From contig JAXGXQ010000001.1 of NCBI GenBank assembly GCA_040772685.1, forward strand, positions 449,930-513,929: DNA of 64,000 nt, given 5' to 3'. The position numbers and the translations under genes were made by a program. Source of the stretch: Clostridia bacterium. GTDB taxonomy: Bacteria; Bacillota; Clostridia; Saccharofermentanales; UBA5734. Positions 59,079 through 64,000 of the stretch are shown in pieces; the first letter of the stretch is position 1; the number at the start of each line of letters is the position of its first letter. Under the pieces are notes generated by a model. The model made no database searches and was not told where the DNA came from. It saw only the letters and a list, made by a program, of their open reading frames with translations.

Positions 59079-59950
59079 AACAACCGCTTTAGCTTTTTCC
59101 TGAGCAGCATCTTTGTCCTCTTGAGCGTGGATCGCCTTTAGCATCGCAGCCACATCTTTCATCTTTCCTCGGGGCACCACCGTGAAGACATTGCGATAAA
59201 AATGGATATAACACCGTTGGTATTTGGCATCTGGAAATACTGAGTTTATCGCATCCACAAGCCCTAAGCACTTATCGCCAATGAAAAGGCGTGTTCCGGT
59301 CAGACCCCGTTCTTTCAGGCTAACCAGGAAGTTTCGCCAGCTTTCCTTGTCTTCTTTCATGCCTTCAGCAGCACCGATGACTTCGCGCTGACCATCTGCG
59401 TTAACAGCCATTGCCACCAGGATTGCGACGTTTTCGAAACTGCCACCCCAGTTGCGTTTGAGATAAATGCCGTCCAGATAAACGTAAGGATAAGCCACAA
59501 GCAGAGCCCTGGCGCCATTCATCGATCTTGACGTAGACCTTCTGGTTTAGTTTGCTAACCGTTCCAGCGCTCACTTTCGTACCCCAAAGTGCTTCTGTGA
59601 TATCTTCCACTCGACGCACAGATACGCCGGCCAGGTACATCTCTACAAGCGCCTCTTCCACACTGATTTCACGCCGTTTATAGCGTTCAATGATCGCTGT
59701 CTCAAATGTCAGAGTCGCAGTTTCGGCACTTTCAGCTTAACCTCACCAGCTTTGGTTAAAAGCTTTCGTTTGTAATGCCGGCGCGAGTATCCAGACGGTC
59801 AGCCTTGCGCTCATAACGGGTCGCATTCGTCAGTCGATTTGCTTCTTCGTCCAGGAGCGCATTCAATGTGTCTTCTACACTTTGTCGCACCATTTCTCCG
59901 AGTTCTTGCTTTATGAGTCCCTCATTAAGCTGTATAATTTCTTTAGACAT
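59079..59950 (-). pseudogene. IS256-family transposase, N-terminal and central fragments with frameshifts
   Basis: MSKEIIQLNEGLIKQELGEMVRQ (RBS CAAGGAGA) is followed by VEMYLAGVSVRRVEDITEALWG and YPYVYLDGIYLKRNWGG...FPDAKYQRCYIHFYRN. These blocks lie in different frames. Confidence 0.85.
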
Positions 59951-60063
59951 GGCTCGTTCTCCTTGCTCGGTTTTATGTTTTTGTTTTCCACTTAACATTT
60001 TAACCAAGCGAACGGGTCATGTCCTTATTTTTCCGATTGTGCGAAACTTATGATACGTCATCT

Positions 60064-60148
60064 CTTGACGTAGACCTTCTGGTTAAGTTTGCTGACCGTC
60101 CAGCGCTCACTTTTGTGCCCCAAAGCGCCTCTGCGATATCTTCTACAT
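60064..60148. repeat. orphan fragment of about 85 bp from a second IS256-family copy
   Basis: It matches 59527-59610 closely by eye (cttgacgtagaccttctggtt.agtttgct.accgt...ccccaaag.gc.tctg.gatatcttc). Confidence 0.75.
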
Positions 60149-60205
60149 GGATGATGCAAGGGTTGCCTTCTCTATACATTCTGCTATAAACACAATAATT
60201 GCTTG

Positions 60206-61573
60206 CTACTCTAGGTGGTTACTAATAATGTAGTTCTCCACTCTATCTGCTTTTGCTTTTTCTTTTTTACTCCTATTAAAAGGATTTCGCATGAATTTTT
60301 TAAGCACAAACCCAATTGCTACAGCAAATGCTGCGTCAATCGCATACACATAATCGCCCACCATCTTACCGAATGCTGTATCTTTTACCCAGATGAAAAA
60401 CGACATGGCAAAATTCCATTGTTTATCACCAAAGAAAAACTGTAATACGATAAACACGATAAAAACAAGAGTAAGCAACACAGCAGCTATAGGCGCAAAA
60501 TAGTAATCGAAGAAATATCTAGGCAATATTTGTTTCTCAGCCAAATTGCAAATTTGCTCACGCTTTTTATCAAGCTCTTTTGATTTTTCTTCTATATCAT
60601 CTTGTTTTTGCTGGAGAAGCTTTTCTCGTGCTATCACATCTGATTGTAATTTCTGAACTTGCTGCTCCTTCTCAGCAGAAACTTCAGCGATGCTTACAAT
60701 TTGAAGACCTTTTTCCTTTAGTTGAGCTTCAAGATAGTTTTGACTGAATCGCTGTGTCTGCTTATAAAGATCATCATCTGTTTTACAGCGTTGAAGTATT
60801 TTTTGAAATTCATCGTCGTATACAGCAGAAACGAGCCCCTCTTGCGTCTCTATATCTTCGGTAATTGAGCTAATTCCAGAAATAATTATATTGGCCTTTT
60901 CTGGTGTGATTTGCTTGGAGGTTGCCCTAATATTTATAAAGCTAACAAAACTATCATAATCATTGGCAGAACGACCACACAGCTTTATCAATATCAAGAA
61001 TAGTTGGCTCGGATATACTACAACTGGATATAGGATCTCCCTTCTAGTCATATCCCAATAACGAAGAGCTTTGTCAGACGAAATTAAGAATATATCCTTA
61101 TCTTCATCATATTTCTCGCGTAATAGCTCAACATATCTTATTACAGTCGCATCATGACTATATCTAAGAGAATAAGATTCGTCCTCAGCTGTATAGAAAG
61201 GTTTCAGCTCAAGCTTTTTATTTTTTATAGATGATGAGTAAGCGTTTCTTTTTTCTTTGAATTCAGGTGAGTCATATATAAATTTTGGAATCTTTTCATC
61301 ATCTGTAATTCCATATTGCGATACTAAACTGTGATATAAGGTACGAATGTGAAAAATGAAATACTTCAAAGAAAGTGCGCTGTGGCTCTGATGCCAACTT
61401 TCATAAAACGCAAAGATATTATAATCTGTTAATTGTTCATAAGCGCCAGCAAAAACTTCGCCTCTTGGAAATTGTGCGATTTGCGATACATAGTAATCGA
61501 TCGTATCAAAAAATTCTTTTTTTGTAGAATGTGAAATGATAATTTTAACTTTTGCCTGCTTACACTTGCTCAA
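60206..61573 (-). CDS. hypothetical protein: soluble N-region + coiled-coil + C-terminal TM helices (possibly the surviving 3' part of a larger decayed gene)
   Basis: A 455-aa ORF in AT-rich DNA, with a TTG start and no convincing RBS. It has a coiled-coil (AEKEQQVQKLQSDVIAREKLLQQKQDDIEEKSKELDKKREQ) followed by 2-3 hydrophobic helices. The frame stays open 16 codons further upstream. Confidence 0.5.
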   Translation of the reverse strand: MSKCKQAKVKIIISHSTKKEFFDTIDYYVSQIAQFPRGEVFAGAYEQLTDYNIFAFYESWHQSHSALSLKYFIFHIRTLYHSLVSQYGITDDEKIPKFIYDSPEFKEKRNAYSSSIKNKKLELKPFYTAEDESYSLRYSHDATVIRYVELLREKYDEDKDIFLISSDKALRYWDMTRREILYPVVVYPSQLFLILIKLCGRSANDYDSFVSFINIRATSKQITPEKANIIISGISSITEDIETQEGLVSAVYDDEFQKILQRCKTDDDLYKQTQRFSQNYLEAQLKEKGLQIVSIAEVSAEKEQQVQKLQSDVIAREKLLQQKQDDIEEKSKELDKKREQICNLAEKQILPRYFFDYYFAPIAAVLLTLVFIVFIVLQFFFGDKQWNFAMSFFIWVKDTAFGKMVGDYVYAIDAAFAVAIGFVLKKFMRNPFNRSKKEKAKADRVENYIISNHLE

Positions 61574-62480
61574 AATGCTATTACAACTTTCTGTCTTTGA
61601 AGCACCGTTAATACGAGTGCTCTAAAAATTACATTCGTGCTCCAAAATAAACTTCACGTTTTCTAATTGTTGTTTTTAGCAATTTATTTGGAGAATCTCC
61701 ATTAACTAAAAGACAATATTCAAGGCAACAATAAACGACATTGCTAAGAGCAACATTTTTTTCATCATTATCCCATTCAAGAAAATCATGAACCATAGAT
61801 TTTTTCTTTGTCAGATAAGTAGTCGACATTTACAGATAATTCTTTGTCGGAAAAATCCCGATCATCTTTGCCCAAAAGGAGCACTCTGTATGAATTTATG
61901 TTAGTGGTAGTAAGCTCATATAGATATTGATGAATGGCATCCTGCATTTATCTTGGTCATTATTTTCGATTCCTTGAATGTAGGTATCAATATAATAATC
62001 AATATTATAATTTTGCGATTTAACTGTCTGCGCATAAACGTCATCCGCAAGCTTGTATCACGTACCCATCTATTTTTAAGCTTTGAAAGGTTCTTTTAGA
62101 GCGGCCAACTATTGAAAGCACTTTTATCTTTAGAAATGTGATATTTTATATATGTCCAAAGCTCTGCTTATAATTTCATTGCAGAGCATATAGCGATTGC
62201 CACTATTAACAAACATACACTTAACCATTTGTAATGTGAGCTTCAAAGAGTATAGATACTTGTTTCCGAATACAACGATAGACGCAAGACGAAAAATGTC
62301 TTTTTGTTTTGCTATATCGTTTTTTAATGGTGCTGAAATATAATGCCTTTATCGCTCCTTTATGTCGTATATTGGTTCCATGTTTAGCAACCACATGAGA
62401 TTTTCTATATGTACAATCAAAAAGTCAATACCGCTCGGAACAAGACTGTTGTTCGTCAGCGATAATGCCATGGTATAACT
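61574..62480 (-). pseudogene. decayed coding region upstream of the 455-aa ORF
   Basis: Protein-like minus-strand segments lie in all three frames and are broken by stops. Examples: ISAPLKNDIAKQKDIFRLASIVVFGNKYLYSL; QDAIHQYLYELTTTNINSYRVLLLGKDDRDFSDKELSVNVDYLSDKEKIYGS; MVHDFLEWDNDEKNVALSNVVYCCLEY. Confidence 0.5.
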
Positions 62481-62502
62481 CATCAGCGATAATGTCATCC
62501 CT

Positions 62503-63350
62503 TCAATGGATTAGAAGGGGTTCTGAACATATACAACTTTTGCCGAAGTTTCGTTTTTGAATTATCAGGCATAAGTAGTAGTTGTCGCCATATTGATGTG
62601 CGACGGTATACTCATTTTGAATCATCATCTCTGCGTAAAGATAACTTACCATATGACTCAACAACCGGAGGTGTGTCATCGTTTTCAAAATCCATTTTGC
62701 AAATAATAAACTCATCACCTAATAAATGGACATAGTGCTCTTGTAATAGATTTTTGATAATATTTATAAATTTAAGAAATATATTCATTATATCAAAATA
62801 ATCATTAATACTTCTTGGTGCTTTTTTATTCCCGAATGGATTATTTGCATGCAAGAAATCGGAAGAATAATTATATGCTACGATAAACCATTTCTTAGTC
62901 AATATATTTTTCGACAATATCCTGCTCAAGCTTCAGGGTAATATGTCTTAAAGCATCAACATCTTGTTTATAACTTATGTTAATGTCTTCGCATTTGCTG
63001 ACTCTTCGAGAAATTGTTCATTTTCAAGAGTAATGAAGCGACATTGGCTTGGATAAAAACCAGAATTCAATTTTTCTACAGTTTTGAGAATGCGAATCGC
63101 TTTTCCAATCAGTTTTCCAATCAGTTTTACAATTCACCGCCGAGCTTCTATATATTTTTCCTTGTTAGCGATAAGGCTCGAGAAAGCGATAATTTCGAGA
63201 CACTTTCTTAATTGCAAAGCAATTGTGTCAATATCCAATAGGAATTTGTTTCTTTTCGTTATGGAAGTGCGTAAAAATGCATATTATTGCTGTCAATCGC
63301 TGTTTCAATTCTGACATACAGTTCGCATACAATTGAAAATTAGTGTTCAT
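62503..63350 (-). pseudogene. decayed gene (about 280 codons) with in-frame stops and frameshifts
   Basis: AGGAGG plus the ATG at 63350 gives MNTNFQLYANCMSELKQRL. A frameshift follows, then a single frame carrying four in-frame stops (TGA, TAA, TAA, TGA). Another frameshift occurs near 62650. Confidence 0.65.
63101..63124. repeat. perfect 12-bp tandem duplication inside the decayed gene
   Basis: ttttccaatcag occurs twice (63101-63112 and 63113-63124) and encodes LIGK-LIGK on the minus strand. Confidence 0.9.
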
Positions 63351-63604
63351 TATTCCTCCTAGAATAATGTTGTCGTATGGTGACGGTAGATTACTGGATC
63401 AAAAGAACCTGCGATAATGCGGTATGTGGCTTCGAGTGTCGCCGGTGCTTTTGAGGCTTGTCCTCGTAAGGAGTCTGGTGTCTCTTTCGTGGCAGTTCAC
63501 GAAGAGCTGGATGTTGAGACCGTGGTCTACCGATCACTGTCAAGAGGTTGTGAGCCGCTTGAGCGTGAGGATTCATCCTGCAACTACGCTGTCAGAGGTG
63601 AATC

Positions 63605-64000
63605 ATGCTGTATCTGGGAATTGACATCGGCGAGCCGGTGAAGCCGGCCTGCTGAACGAAGATGGCACTCATCGTGGGAAGTCTCCTTACGCTTCAGTAA
63701 TACGACGGACGGTTTCGAGAAGCTCCGTCTTCATCGAAGGCAAACGCGAAGAAGATGAACCGTTGTCTATCAGGATGGAGGCTACGGGTCACTACTGGCT
63801 GGCACTATTCGTTCTCGCCAGCGTGACTTCAGCTTTCCGTCATCAACCCGATTCAGTCCGACAGCATGCGCAACTTCAAGATCCGCCAGACCAAGACTGA
63901 CAGCGTCGACTGCTTTCTCATTGCCGACGTCATTCGCTTTGGTCTCTTCACTGAAACCCATCTGGCACGAGGATATCCCGATCCTTGCGCACCTGGCCCG
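63605..64000 (+). pseudogene. IS110-family transposase, 5' part, multiply frameshifted (continues beyond the window)
   Basis: MLYLGIDIG.., AGLLNEDG, FSNTTDGFEKL, EPLSI.MEATGHYWLALF and VINPIQSDSMRNFKIRQTKTDSVDCFLIADVIRFG are all recognisable. They are spread over three frames. Confidence 0.7.

Larger units (their letters stand above)
53635..60055 (-). mobile_element. IS256-family element remnant, split by a nested IS21 insertion (ends approximate)
   Basis: Both ends share TTTCGCAC and GTTCGCTTGGTT in inverted orientation (about 53640-53675 and about 60004-60046). The length without the insert is about 1.35 kb. Confidence 0.6.

Noticed and set aside
62503-63350. In-frame TGA/TAA codons as evidence of stop-codon reassignment or programmed readthrough.
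   Set aside because: Both codons terminate the conserved housekeeping genes throughout the window. The same gene also has frameshifts, so pseudogenisation is the simpler explanation.

Overview
This window looks like a chromosomal segment of a Gram-positive, Clostridia-like Firmicute. The evidence is a T-box leader in front of pheST, a lipoprotein-type ABC binding protein, and the maf-radC-mreCD and comEC-holA gene orders. From 1 to about 46.6 kb it is mostly conserved housekeeping genes, nearly all on the minus strand: ahcY/mtaD, secA, an amino-acid ABC transporter, pheST, dtd, gdhA, PBP2-mreDC-radC-maf, asnS, icd, holA, comEC, engB, rqcH, queH and ruvCAB.

Five regions stand out:
1. **46.8-52.5 kb.** A tightly coupled three-gene operon: a 988-aa membrane-anchored giant helical protein, a 426-aa soluble unknown, and a Wzy_C/O-antigen-ligase-like polytopic protein. 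It is transcribed divergently from a lone type IV pilin gene whose product ends in a C-terminal Ser.
2. **35.4-39.4 kb.** A four-gene operon pairing two divergent 407-aa PRPP-synthetase-like paralogs with the beta and gamma membrane subunits of a Na+-translocating decarboxylase. No carboxyltransferase or biotin carrier is present.
3. **9.1-12.0 kb.** An orphan trio of TadE/TadG-like proteins without any Tad secretion machinery.
4. **53.6-60.1 kb.** A nested set of insertion sequences (IS21 inside IS21 inside IS256) with exact target-site duplications.
5. **60.15-63.4 kb.** A visibly AT-rich island of decaying genes with one long surviving ORF, followed by a frameshifted IS110-type transposase.

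Several apparent frameshifts (queH, an SDR start, all the IS genes) could be real decay or assembly indels. I saw no rRNA, tRNA or CRISPR array. All functional calls rest on motif recognition by eye, because no database search was possible.
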